Shown here: in pieces, positions 10,523-19,138 of the stretch
Position numbering within the stretch: position 1 is the stretch's first letter
Layout: the number at the start of each line of letters is the position of its first letter
Source of the DNA: a virus
Lineage: Duplodnaviria > Caudoviricetes
DNA: 64,000 nucleotides
Strand: one strand, 5' to 3'
Virus record (IMG/VR): IMGVR_UViG_2756170314_000001
Coordinates: 20,614-84,613 of that record
The notes under the pieces: model-generated
Told to the model about the DNA's origin: nothing
Database searches by the model: none
Seen by the model: only the letters and a program-made list of their open reading frames with translations
Program-made: the position numbers and the translations under genes

Positions 10523-10558
10523 TGTTAATACCTCATTTCTTTTGTATTACAAAGTATT

Positions 10559-10584
10559 TATATCTGGACCGGCAAAAACGTAAA
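10559..10584 (-). promoter_or_regulatory. SigN-type promoter of dnaE
   Basis: TTTACG-N14-GATATA. Confidence 0.8.
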
Positions 10585-10637
10585 TTGGATGACTGAAAAA
10601 TGTAAAAAAAATAACCACTCAGATGAGTGGCTATTTG

Positions 10638-11090
10638 TTAATCCTCTATTTTTTTATTTTTGTTTTTAAAGATGTGTGGCTGCGACACAAAGTATGTCAG
10701 CTTAATCTTCTTATGCCCTTTTAAGTACTTATCAATGAAGTAATTAAAGAATTGAACGTCATCTTCTAAATTAAACAAGTTAGAAGATCTTTGAAAAACG
10801 TTAATTCCAATTACTCGTTTCTCATTGTCGAATATAAAATGAACTGCTGAGATACATTCGTCACTTGATAACATAACTTGTCTTTCACTTGAGATCCACC
10901 CTTTATCATACTTGTAAAGTAAGTGTCTTAGTTGCATTTCGAGTGAAGTATAATAAGGTTCATCAGAGTCAGGAAAGGTATTCCTGGTCTGAGGATTAAT
11001 CATCGTGAAGGATTCATACAAGATCATTTCATCATTTTCTTTTAAATATTCAAGTTCGCCTACAGATGGGATTCGAGGAAATTGTAACAT
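10638..11090 (-). CDS. Miniature thymidylate synthase/dCMP hydroxymethylase-fold protein
   Basis: SERQ, EC, QRSSN, DDV, PHIF appear in the order of ThyA SRR, PC, QRSxD, PFN, AHIY. Confidence 0.55.
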   Translation of the reverse strand: MLQFPRIPSVGELEYLKENDEMILYESFTMINPQTRNTFPDSDEPYYTSLEMQLRHLLYKYDKGWISSERQVMLSSDECISAVHFIFDNEKRVIGINVFQRSSNLFNLEDDVQFFNYFIDKYLKGHKKIKLTYFVSQPHIFKNKNKKIED

Positions 11091-12064
11091 TACTCATCTT
11101 CTCCTCGGCCTGCAAGGTGATCCATATACTGTTTTGAGGCAATTTTCCATTCTTCAAGTTGATTTTTATATTCTTGGAACATTTTTTGAAACTTAGTTGG
11201 CCCTTCTGGAGGGTTGGTTCCATTAATATTTTCACGGTAGTCTTGATAAATAAAGTCTTTTTCATTCCATTCGAATTTATCTGAGTTTTCTTCTGGGAAG
11301 TACAGGTTTGTGGCATGTCCATTTCGAGCATTCTTGATGTAATGGAAACTTGGCATTTCAAAGTCGATCAGATCTAAATGAGCAATAGGATATGCCCGAC
11401 ACAGCTCAAGATACATTTGATATGCAATAATGTTATCTGACTTCGGTTGAATCTGGCGATCAATACGCTGCTTGCAGAATGCCAATAAATCTTTAACATT
11501 CATTGAAGCATAATAAAAGTTATCATGGTTTTTATTCAGAATAAGTCGAGCATCCATAATTGAAATCTTCCTAGAATCAATCATTTCAGCATAAAGCTCA
11601 CGACATTGACGAGTAAGATCTTTGTATCTTTCTAAAAACTCAGGGGAATTTTCAATAGACTCAGGAATAACTGCAGTTGTATGAGATAACCAACGATCCC
11701 CTGTACATTGAGCCGAGAACGAAAATGTTCTATGACGAATTAAATGGGTTACGTCTTGGACTGAAATTCCTTCAATTCGGAATGTTAAACGAATCGTTTC
11801 AAGTATTGAAGGTAGCGTTTTAAAGGTGAAGGCTTTTTCAATATCATCAACCACCTGTGCCATGCTATATGTTTCTTCAGGTTCATCAGCCCAGGTAGCA
11901 TTCACATATCCAGGGAGGTAATGAATGATGCTTTCCCAAGGAGTATAATCAACAAGAGTAACTTTAATATTCTCTAAATCATTTTTGAATTCAAAATCCG
12001 GCTTTTCACCAAAGCGAATTGGCATAGGCAATTTAACAGGCTCAAGGTTATTGTTTTTAGGCAT
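11090..12064 (-). CDS. thyX: Divergent flavin-dependent thymidylate synthase (ThyX-like)
   Basis: LTFRIEGIS, HLIRHRTFSFSAQ, DARLIL. Confidence 0.8.
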   Translation of the reverse strand: MPKNNNLEPVKLPMPIRFGEKPDFEFKNDLENIKVTLVDYTPWESIIHYLPGYVNATWADEPEETYSMAQVVDDIEKAFTFKTLPSILETIRLTFRIEGISVQDVTHLIRHRTFSFSAQCTGDRWLSHTTAVIPESIENSPEFLERYKDLTRQCRELYAEMIDSRKISIMDARLILNKNHDNFYYASMNVKDLLAFCKQRIDRQIQPKSDNIIAYQMYLELCRAYPIAHLDLIDFEMPSFHYIKNARNGHATNLYFPEENSDKFEWNEKDFIYQDYRENINGTNPPEGPTKFQKMFQEYKNQLEEWKIASKQYMDHLAGRGEDE

Positions 12065-12118
12065 AGTTTAATTCCTCCGATTTTTCAATATTTTTTTCAA
12101 TAAGAATTACAATATATT

Positions 12119-12144
12119 TATATCTAAAAGTATGAAAACGTAAA
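12119..12144 (-). promoter_or_regulatory. SigN-type promoter of thyX operon
   Basis: TTTACG-N14-GATATA. Confidence 0.8.
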
Positions 12145-12160
12145 TCGATTTAATAATTTT

Positions 12161-12394
12161 TTATTGATTTTTTTCAATAAATTTTAATTTCCCCTCAAAA
12201 ACAACCTCGTACTTTGTAAGTAATCCTTCTTTATTAACTGAGAACGCACTCACCAGTTTTTTTATCATCATGTGATGTTGCAAACCCTGCGACGAAAGAT
12301 AAGGCGGACTCTTGACTTCGGAAAGTTTCCATCCTTGATTCTTTAAATCCGAATTCATCTTCGTGCTCATAAACAATAATGAAGACTGATTCAT
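12161..12394 (-). CDS. Hypothetical protein
   Basis: Abuts RNase H stop. Confidence 0.55.
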   Translation of the reverse strand: MNQSSLLFMSTKMNSDLKNQGWKLSEVKSPPYLSSQGLQHHMMIKKLVSAFSVNKEGLLTKYEVVFEGKLKFIEKNQ

Positions 12395-12862
12395 TCATAC
12401 GGCAGCACCTCTTGTAAGTTCATCCATTGCCTCATTTGCTAATCTATCAGCAAGTTCATTATCCGGGATTCCTGAATGGCCTTTAACTTTGTTAAAAGTG
12501 ATAAACGGGAATTGTTCGACCAGTTCAATTAATTCAATCCATAACTGGCGATTCTCCACCGGCTTTTTACCAGCTGTAACCCATCCGTTATTCATCCATT
12601 TCTTATACCAACCTTGGTTCATACAGTTACACAGATATGCAGAATCAGTATTGATTTCTACAGGGATATTAGTTGTTTTTAATTGTTTAAGGGCTTCAAT
12701 AGCTGCACGAATTTCCATCATGTTATTAGTCACGTTTCTAAAGCCAGCCTTAATGGTTTTAACGTGGTCACCATATCGAAGAACTGCCCCAAAACCTCCG
12801 ACATTGTTATCTTTTCCGTTATTTCTTGCTGCGCCATCGCAGTAAATTACAACCTTTTTCAT
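12395..12862 (-). CDS. rnhA: Ribonuclease HI
   Basis: YCDGA, TNNMME, TDSAY, VKGHSG, NELADRLA. Confidence 0.95.
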   Translation of the reverse strand: MKKVVIYCDGAARNNGKDNNVGGFGAVLRYGDHVKTIKAGFRNVTNNMMEIRAAIEALKQLKTTNIPVEINTDSAYLCNCMNQGWYKKWMNNGWVTAGKKPVENRQLWIELIELVEQFPFITFNKVKGHSGIPDNELADRLANEAMDELTRGAAV

Positions 12863-13323
12863 TAAAGGACTCCCTCCTTGACAAGATCGTTGGCAATTTC
12901 CTCAGGAGTCTTATATGTTGTGTCTACAATGATCTTCTTCATTGGGGACTTATCAAAATAAAATTTATAAAAATGCTTATGCAAAGTATAATCAAGAATT
13001 TCGTGGCCGGTCTGAATGCATCGATCTATCAGGACTTTTGTGTCACAATCAAGGTAAATTACGAGTACGTCTTCCATCTTAGCTAGGTGTTTTTCTAAAT
13101 CATCATAGTTATCCCATAATTGAGGATCCCGACTAAACAGGTCACAGTATGTTTTAAAACCAATCGGTCCCCTATCGACTACAATATGTTTGTAGCAAGT
13201 GGCTTTATTTATAGCATGTTGTAAAGTTGATTTTCCCGAACGATCAACACCTTCAAGGATGATGATTTTTGGCTTAACAAATTCAGGAGTCGGCGCGACA
13301 ACACAAGTAGTTGAGTTAGTCAT
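12862..13323 (-). CDS. dNMP/thymidylate kinase-like P-loop kinase
   Basis: LEGVDRSGKST, VVDR. Confidence 0.8.
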   Translation of the reverse strand: MTNSTTCVVAPTPEFVKPKIIILEGVDRSGKSTLQHAINKATCYKHIVVDRGPIGFKTYCDLFSRDPQLWDNYDDLEKHLAKMEDVLVIYLDCDTKVLIDRCIQTGHEILDYTLHKHFYKFYFDKSPMKKIIVDTTYKTPEEIANDLVKEGVL

Positions 13324-13368
13324 AATTGTTATATCCTCCGATTTCTTTAATCTCTTTGCTTTACTTTG

Positions 13369-13400
13369 TATTTATATCTGGTGATTCGAAAACGTAAATT
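13369..13400 (-). repeat. 32-bp SigN promoter block, identical copy at 16667-16698
   Basis: tatttatatctggtgattcgaaaacgtaaatt at both positions. Confidence 0.9.
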
Positions 13401-13515
13401 GAAATATAAAAAAGACTACTATAGCAGTCTTTATTGGCATAACTTTTATATCCGACATAACTTTTATATCTGCTTTATAAAAAACAAAAAAGGCTGGAGA
13501 CAAATCTCCAACCTT

Positions 13516-14304
13516 TTATATAGCTAACAAATCTATTGATTTCATAAACTTTTCAATTCGAGTGATTACTTCATCAACTTTGTCTTCAGGGAACTCAAAC
13601 CACTCTGGTTGCTTAGTTTGACCAGTCTTTGGTGGAAGTCTGTATTCTTCAAATTGAGAGTGAATCAATCTTTCAACTGCTTTACCATCCTTACAAGGGA
13701 AAGTAGCGACGACTTCCAAGTCTCTTGAGGTATATGTATTCATGTTTGCTTCAGCATAACGTTCTTGCCAAGGCCGGGTAGTCATACCAATTTTGAGTTC
13801 ATTTCTAACTTTAGGGTGTCTAAAAATATATATCCATTGGAGACCCCCATAATCATCATTTTCGGGCTCGTCAGAGATAACTTCTGATGAATATATATAT
13901 TTAATCAAATCGGATCTCTGTAGCTCTATAAGGGCCTTACAAACATAATTTATGCATTGTTCAGCATAGTAGGCTGAGTTAGGTGGTTCGATAGCTGAAA
14001 CATCAACTTCTGAATCATAATATTTCAAAACAAGTTCATCTATAACTTCCAAGCCTTCTTTGTAGACTATTTTAGCTTGTCCAGCTTTAACTACCGTTGC
14101 TTTTACTCCATGCCTAACATGAGAGTGCCAATTAAAGAAGCCTTTCAAGCCAGGACATATAAAAGCAATGTACTTATAATCTCCAGACCTTGCACTCCTT
14201 CCAAGTATGTTTGTGGCTGTTAAAGCTTCATATTGGTTCATAGGAATATTGCCGTTTTCATTAAACAACCTGATCATTGAATTTGATAATTTTTCCGTAT
14301 CCAT
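13516..14304 (-). CDS. Protein with C-terminal GIY-YIG-like (T5orf172) nuclease domain
   Basis: WIYIF...LKIGMTTR...ER...VERLIH...EWF. Confidence 0.75.
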   Translation of the reverse strand: MDTEKLSNSMIRLFNENGNIPMNQYEALTATNILGRSARSGDYKYIAFICPGLKGFFNWHSHVRHGVKATVVKAGQAKIVYKEGLEVIDELVLKYYDSEVDVSAIEPPNSAYYAEQCINYVCKALIELQRSDLIKYIYSSEVISDEPENDDYGGLQWIYIFRHPKVRNELKIGMTTRPWQERYAEANMNTYTSRDLEVVATFPCKDGKAVERLIHSQFEEYRLPPKTGQTKQPEWFEFPEDKVDEVITRIEKFMKSIDLLAI

Positions 14305-14581
14305 AGCAGAATAATTTTAACATAAAATAGTGTTTTTATTATAGAGTCACTTTTTCGTTTTATTCTTCATATGCTAATAGCATACAGTGGTGGTAAGAAA
14401 TTTAAGGACGAGGATGTTTCATTTTTTGTTATGTTTCTGCGACACAAAATTAACGACATAAATAAACACAAAAATATTTACGTGGCTGTACAAATTTTTC
14501 ATTGCCTCAATGGGGATCCATACTGGACACACTATAACTTTGTTGATACAATCACTATATATTAAGTATATATTACGTAGT

Positions 14582-14643
14582 AATATTACATGATAATGTT
14601 ACATGATAATGTTACATGGTAATGTTGCATTGTTGCATTGTTG
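14582..14643. repeat. Short tandem repeats (AATGTTACATGAT-like units decaying into TGTTGCAT)
   Basis: aatattacatgataatgttacatgataatgttacatggtaatgttgcattgttgcattgttg. Confidence 0.75.
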
Positions 14644-14737
14644 TTTATCGTTTTCGAATGAATAAAATATTCGTAAACGAATAAAATAAAAAAGACCGAA
14701 GATGGTGCAACATCTTCGATCTGTAATAGAATAGCTC

Positions 14738-14820
14738 CTGAGGGAGACGGCTTTGTCTAAAAAGCTAAATTAAATGTAGGAACGCTCTGACCGTCACATC
14801 ATTCGTTCCTACTTTTTTTT
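14738..14820 (+). ncRNA. Predicted antisense (antitoxin-like) RNA convergent with comI
   Basis: TAGAAT -10 at 14727-14732; GTAGGAACG/CGTTCCTAC hairpin plus T-run over the comI stop. Confidence 0.5.
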
Positions 14821-14901
14821 GTTGGAATTGGCAAGCGACAAGATTCCGACAATAAGGAGACCAAATTGAAACATCAATCCAAGTGCGCTTTCTACTGGCA
14901 T
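14809..14901 (-). CDS. comI: Competence inhibitor ComI, 30-aa single-TM peptide (not in ORF track)
   Basis: MPVESALGLMFQFGLLIVGILSLANSNKKK; Gln12; AAGGAGGTG RBS. Confidence 0.88.
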   Translation of the reverse strand: MPVESALGLMFQFGLLIVGILSLANSNKKK

Positions 14902-15159
14902 ATTCTCACCTCCTTCTTTCTAGACATGGAGGTGTGCCGTCTGCCCTTTTCCAAAAGCCGTATCTATTACGTTACTTATACTTTAAATGAAAATCTTTCA
15001 AATTACAATATATAGACTGAGCTTGGAACGCAAATTAGGAGATTTGAGTTTTGTACTTTGTGTAAAAGCGCTTACACATTCTGCGAAAGGAGGATTTCTC
15101 TTTCTTACAAAATAAAAAAGAAGCCGAAAAATCGACTTCTCTACAAAAATACTACAGTA

Positions 15160-15720
15160 TCAATTTTCAAATTTACTCTCAATTGCTTTTTCCAATTTCT
15201 CAATTAAGTTTAAAACACGCTCTTGTGCCCCCTCATTAATACTCTTCATTTGATTTGTTTTATTCCCAAGCTCGATTTCGCTATTGGAATATTGAAGGAC
15301 AGAAACCGTATCGGCAAGCTTAACGATTAGATAAGCAATTGTCTCTTCTTTTTCTTCTTTGAGAAATTTTTCATAAGCTTCAGCATACTCAGGCATATTC
15401 TTTTTTAAGCTAACCACTTCAGCTCGCTCGAGGATCTCTGTTAAGTCGGGATTGTCCACTTTCGTATCATATGGTACATCGCCTAAGAAAATCTCCGGAA
15501 TATCATGAACTGCAGCGAACTCTAAAGCTTTGAGCTTAATATAATCATCAATGTTGTACATCTGACAGATCTTCAGGACCGTTGTAATCACGTAAAACGT
15601 ATGTTCAGCAACATTTTCATGTTTGATTTTCGGACGATTATTGTATCGGATAATCTCTCCAAGTCCTAAGATTTGTGTATCTCCTAAAGTCCGTACTTTT
15701 CCACGGTTATAGTAAGTCAT
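15160..15720 (-). CDS. HD-domain 5'-deoxynucleotidase (YfbR-like)
   Basis: ENVAEH, HDIPEIFLGDVP, VKLAD. Confidence 0.85.
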   Translation of the reverse strand: MTYYNRGKVRTLGDTQILGLGEIIRYNNRPKIKHENVAEHTFYVITTVLKICQMYNIDDYIKLKALEFAAVHDIPEIFLGDVPYDTKVDNPDLTEILERAEVVSLKKNMPEYAEAYEKFLKEEKEETIAYLIVKLADTVSVLQYSNSEIELGNKTNQMKSINEGAQERVLNLIEKLEKAIESKFEN

Positions 15721-15788
15721 AACTGTTGTGTCTCCTTTTTGTGAGTAATTGAGTTAAGTTATATCTGTTATAAAAGTTACGAGGGATG

Positions 15789-16067
15789 TTATCCCTCGAT
15801 TTTTCCTGCTTTTAAGAACATATCTCGAATCAGATCTTGCTTACCGTCAAATCCAACGATTCTTTCAATCTCATTTTCATCATCATCAACAAGTACCAAG
15901 ACTGGGGCTGCCATAATACCAAACTTCATAGCAGCATTTATTGATTCATCATCACCATTTGAAAGGTTATAAGTTATATCTGGCTCGACTCCCAGCTCAA
16001 AAGTATGGAAGTTCTCAAGCATCTGACAAGGACGGCAAGCATTTTGTTTAAATTTAATTACTTTCAT
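15789..16067 (-). CDS. Thioredoxin/NrdH-like redoxin
   Basis: CRPC motif. Confidence 0.85.
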   Translation of the reverse strand: MKVIKFKQNACRPCQMLENFHTFELGVEPDITYNLSNGDDESINAAMKFGIMAAPVLVLVDDDENEIERIVGFDGKQDLIRDMFLKAGKIEG

Positions 16068-16171
16068 GTTGGTTCCTCCATATGTACTGATAGATGATTA
16101 TTGAATAAAACCAATAAAAAATTATTTAATCAGTTATCTTTTGATATTAATTATTGAATTTATTAAATAAA

Positions 16172-16630
16172 TTATTCAATTAAACCTTCATAATAGATTT
16201 CTTGACCAAGTATGGCAGCTTCCAATTCCTCAACCGTTTTACACGCAGCTTTTCCGGACTCAGCTAGCATTAAGTTGAACATTCCATCTTTACCGAGTGT
16301 GAAGGCCACATAAATTACTGGAACACCTGATGCATAAGCATGTCCGGCTTCAAAAATGGTTCCCATATCTTTATCATCAGTGATGGCAATAACAAGCTCT
16401 GATTCTTCAATTCCTCTTACATTCATATCAAAAGACTTTTTGCGAACTTCAGGCGATGATATTGGGCCGATTGCTGATTGTTTTCTTGGTGAAAAGTAAG
16501 TTAATCCATGTTTTTCAAGTAATGTCTCGACCAAAGCAACACGAGTGATTTGATCTGGCTTGAAAAATGGCGCAGCAATGTAAACATGTTGTTTCTTGCC
16601 TGGAGATAATGATTTAGTAGTTTGAGTCAT
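16172..16630 (-). CDS. Nucleoside 2-deoxyribosyltransferase family protein 1
   Basis: YIAAPFF, SPR, DMGTIFEAG, NLML. Confidence 0.88.
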   Translation of the reverse strand: MTQTTKSLSPGKKQHVYIAAPFFKPDQITRVALVETLLEKHGLTYFSPRKQSAIGPISSPEVRKKSFDMNVRGIEESELVIAITDDKDMGTIFEAGHAYASGVPVIYVAFTLGKDGMFNLMLAESGKAACKTVEELEAAILGQEIYYEGLIE

Positions 16631-16666
16631 AATTATTCCTCCGATTTAAATATGGTGTTTTCTCTT

Positions 16667-16698
16667 TATTTATATCTGGTGATTCGAAAACGTAAATT
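16667..16698 (-). promoter_or_regulatory. SigN-type promoter (duplicate of 13369-13400)
   Basis: TTTACG-N14-GATATA. Confidence 0.85.
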
Positions 16699-16789
16699 AA
16701 TGTCGAAACTTTTATTACGTTTTTTCTAAAAAGCTATTTTGTCTATGATATGATTGTTATGACTACTATAATCGGAGGTTATAACTGTT

Positions 16790-17314
16790 ATGAATGTTTT
16801 CGCTGGTGTCGATGATGTAGCCCGAGAACTTGGGTTATCTCCATCAACTATTAAGAAGTACTATCTCTTGATAGAAGAGAACGGATACAGATTTACGAGA
16901 AGTCGCACAGGAAAAGTAATCTTCTCAGAGAGAGATTTGGAGATTTTTAAGCGACTGATTCAGATTAAAAACGAAAAAGGAATAAAAGTTGTAGACGCTG
17001 TTAAGACAGTTATATCTTCTATAACTGATGTAACTGTGTGGAAAGAGTCGGCTGTCGCCACTGAATTTGAAGAACCACCGGTGGATATAACAGTTATGAA
17101 AGAAACAATGGAACAAATGCATGAAATTATAAAAAACCAACAGAAACAAATAGACCAGCTGTTAGAAAGCCAAAATCAAACTCAAAAGCTTTTAGAAAGT
17201 GGCTCTACAGATAGAGACAAGTTATTACTGCAGTCAATTAGAGAAACCCAGGAATTAAAACAATTGATCTTAGAAAACAACAAGAAGAAAAAATGGTGGC
17301 AGTTCGGTAAATAA
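16790..17314 (+). CDS. MerR-like HTH plus coiled-coil protein with KKWWQF tail
   Basis: VARELGLSPSTIKKY HTH, heptad region, aromatic-basic C-terminus. Confidence 0.8.
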   Translation: MNVFAGVDDVARELGLSPSTIKKYYLLIEENGYRFTRSRTGKVIFSERDLEIFKRLIQIKNEKGIKVVDAVKTVISSITDVTVWKESAVATEFEEPPVDITVMKETMEQMHEIIKNQQKQIDQLLESQNQTQKLLESGSTDRDKLLLQSIRETQELKQLILENNKKKKWWQFGK

Positions 17315-17386
17315 AGATAGCCATAACAATTACAACTACTGCTGTAACTGTTATGGCTGACGTTGTGACTGTCATAACTGTTGTAC

Positions 17387-19138
17387 CTAAAAAATAATAG
17401 TTTCTGCGGTAATTTCGTCAGGTACCTCAATAAAATCATATTGGCCAGATTCATTTCTTTCACAGTCAACCAATACTAATTGAAGAGTTCGTTTATTACC
17501 ATAAACGTTCACAGATGGGGTACCAACGAAATCCATCGTGATTTGCCTGTCGAAATTATTTTTAAGACTCTCATATAATCCTTCGGGTGCTCCGTACATA
17601 ACAAACTCAACACCATTTTCATAAAAGGTTAACATGGAACCTTTTTGACGGATAAAGTTCTTATTAATTTTAATTCCGACAAAGGCTAGTAGGGGTTCTT
17701 GAACTTTCCCACCAAATAAGTGTTTATTATCAGTAACATCTTCAATTAGAGACCGATCAACGTTTTCCTTTACTATGAGGTCAACCTCATAAACAAACTC
17801 ATTCTGCTCAACTTCATGTGTTCTTTTTTTGAACTCCTCAAAGTTATCTTCAGGGATAGAGATACCAAAAGCATTGGCATGTCCTTGAGCAAACTCAACT
17901 AAGCCAGTTTCATTGCACCAGTCTTTAAGAGAAGACAAAACTTTTTCATCTCCACGTCCCGATCCAATATATTTCTTATCTTTATAATAGAGCACTAAAG
18001 CCGGCTTCTGATATTTTTTCGCAACTTTATTAGCGACTAAACCGGTAATCGCAGCTTCATCGGAAGAATCAAGTAAAGCAATTGAAATTCCACCTTCATT
18101 GTATGTACTGCTTCTAAGTTTTTCTAAAGACTTTTTAATCATTGAGTTCTGACGGCCCTTAACTTTTTTCATCATATCAAAGGCATATTCATATAGATCT
18201 TGCTCAACTAATATCTTATCGAATTTACCGGTCTTTTTATTTTTCTTCCGTTTCTCTACATTCCAAACTCGTCCATCACCGATCTTATTTAAGGCTCTGA
18301 ACAGGAGGTCTTTTTCATCTTCAGTCCCAACACGAACAACAGCATTAATCATTGGAATGATAGAGAAAGAGAGATCTTTTGGTGCAATGCCTTCTAGGCT
18401 TCCGAAAACATCCATTACAGCAACTTTAACCAGAGGATTATTGATTGTCTCAAGACCACGGAAGACTAGATTTCTGACCTCATTTTCACTTATATCTGAA
18501 GTATCTCCAATTTGACCGATAGCAACTAAGTCGAGTAGATCATCTGCATAATGAGTATCTAAAATCCTATCTAAGGCCTGGCAAAACTTATAGGCCATAC
18601 CTGCACCAACTAAATTCTTATTAGTGCTTTTATTCTCGTCTAATTGGTTATTAATTAAAATTCCGTGCGTCGGCATCTTATCTACTTCATGGTGATCTAG
18701 GACGATAATGTCAATTCCCATGTAATAAAGCCTTTGAAGTTCATCAACATCATTAGACGCTGCATCAGGAATAATAATTAAATCTATTGATGAGTCAGCA
18801 ATCTTTTGAGAAATTTCATCGGTTAATCCATGAGCTTTTCGATCATGAAGAAAATATGAAACATGCGAATCTGGTTCGATTTTTTTTATATATTGATAGA
18901 TTATTGATGCAGACGAGAATCCATCAGCGTCAGCATCAACTAAAATACCGATGTGGTCGTTTATAAGCAAATGAGCAAGAAGTACATTCGCGCCTAGTTC
19001 AATATTATGAAGATCAAAAGGATTAAGATCCTCGCTGCTGTTAGGATTAAGGAATGTATCAATATCCTTAATATTTCTATTCTTCAATATGGTGTCTATG
19101 ATGTCTCCATTGTAAGAACTGATTTGTTTAATCTTCAT
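17387..19138 (-). CDS. recJ: RecJ-like DHH ssDNA exonuclease
   Basis: DADADG, LDHH, GSGR, QGHANAFG. Confidence 0.92.
   Translation of the reverse strand: MKIKQISSYNGDIIDTILKNRNIKDIDTFLNPNSSEDLNPFDLHNIELGANVLLAHLLINDHIGILVDADADGFSSASIIYQYIKKIEPDSHVSYFLHDRKAHGLTDEISQKIADSSIDLIIIPDAASNDVDELQRLYYMGIDIIVLDHHEVDKMPTHGILINNQLDENKSTNKNLVGAGMAYKFCQALDRILDTHYADDLLDLVAIGQIGDTSDISENEVRNLVFRGLETINNPLVKVAVMDVFGSLEGIAPKDLSFSIIPMINAVVRVGTEDEKDLLFRALNKIGDGRVWNVEKRKKNKKTGKFDKILVEQDLYEYAFDMMKKVKGRQNSMIKKSLEKLRSSTYNEGGISIALLDSSDEAAITGLVANKVAKKYQKPALVLYYKDKKYIGSGRGDEKVLSSLKDWCNETGLVEFAQGHANAFGISIPEDNFEEFKKRTHEVEQNEFVYEVDLIVKENVDRSLIEDVTDNKHLFGGKVQEPLLAFVGIKINKNFIRQKGSMLTFYENGVEFVMYGAPEGLYESLKNNFDRQITMDFVGTPSVNVYGNKRTLQLVLVDCERNESGQYDFIEVPDEITAETIIF

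Noticed and set aside
14371-14565. 64-aa plus-strand ORF
   Set aside because: No RBS or recognisable motif
6019-15720. Z-genome (2-aminoadenine) pathway suggested by HD plus MazG-fold enzymes
   Set aside because: No PurZ/PurA homolog in the window
14575-17390. CRISPR array
   Set aside because: Repeats are short, lack unique spacers, and no cas genes are present
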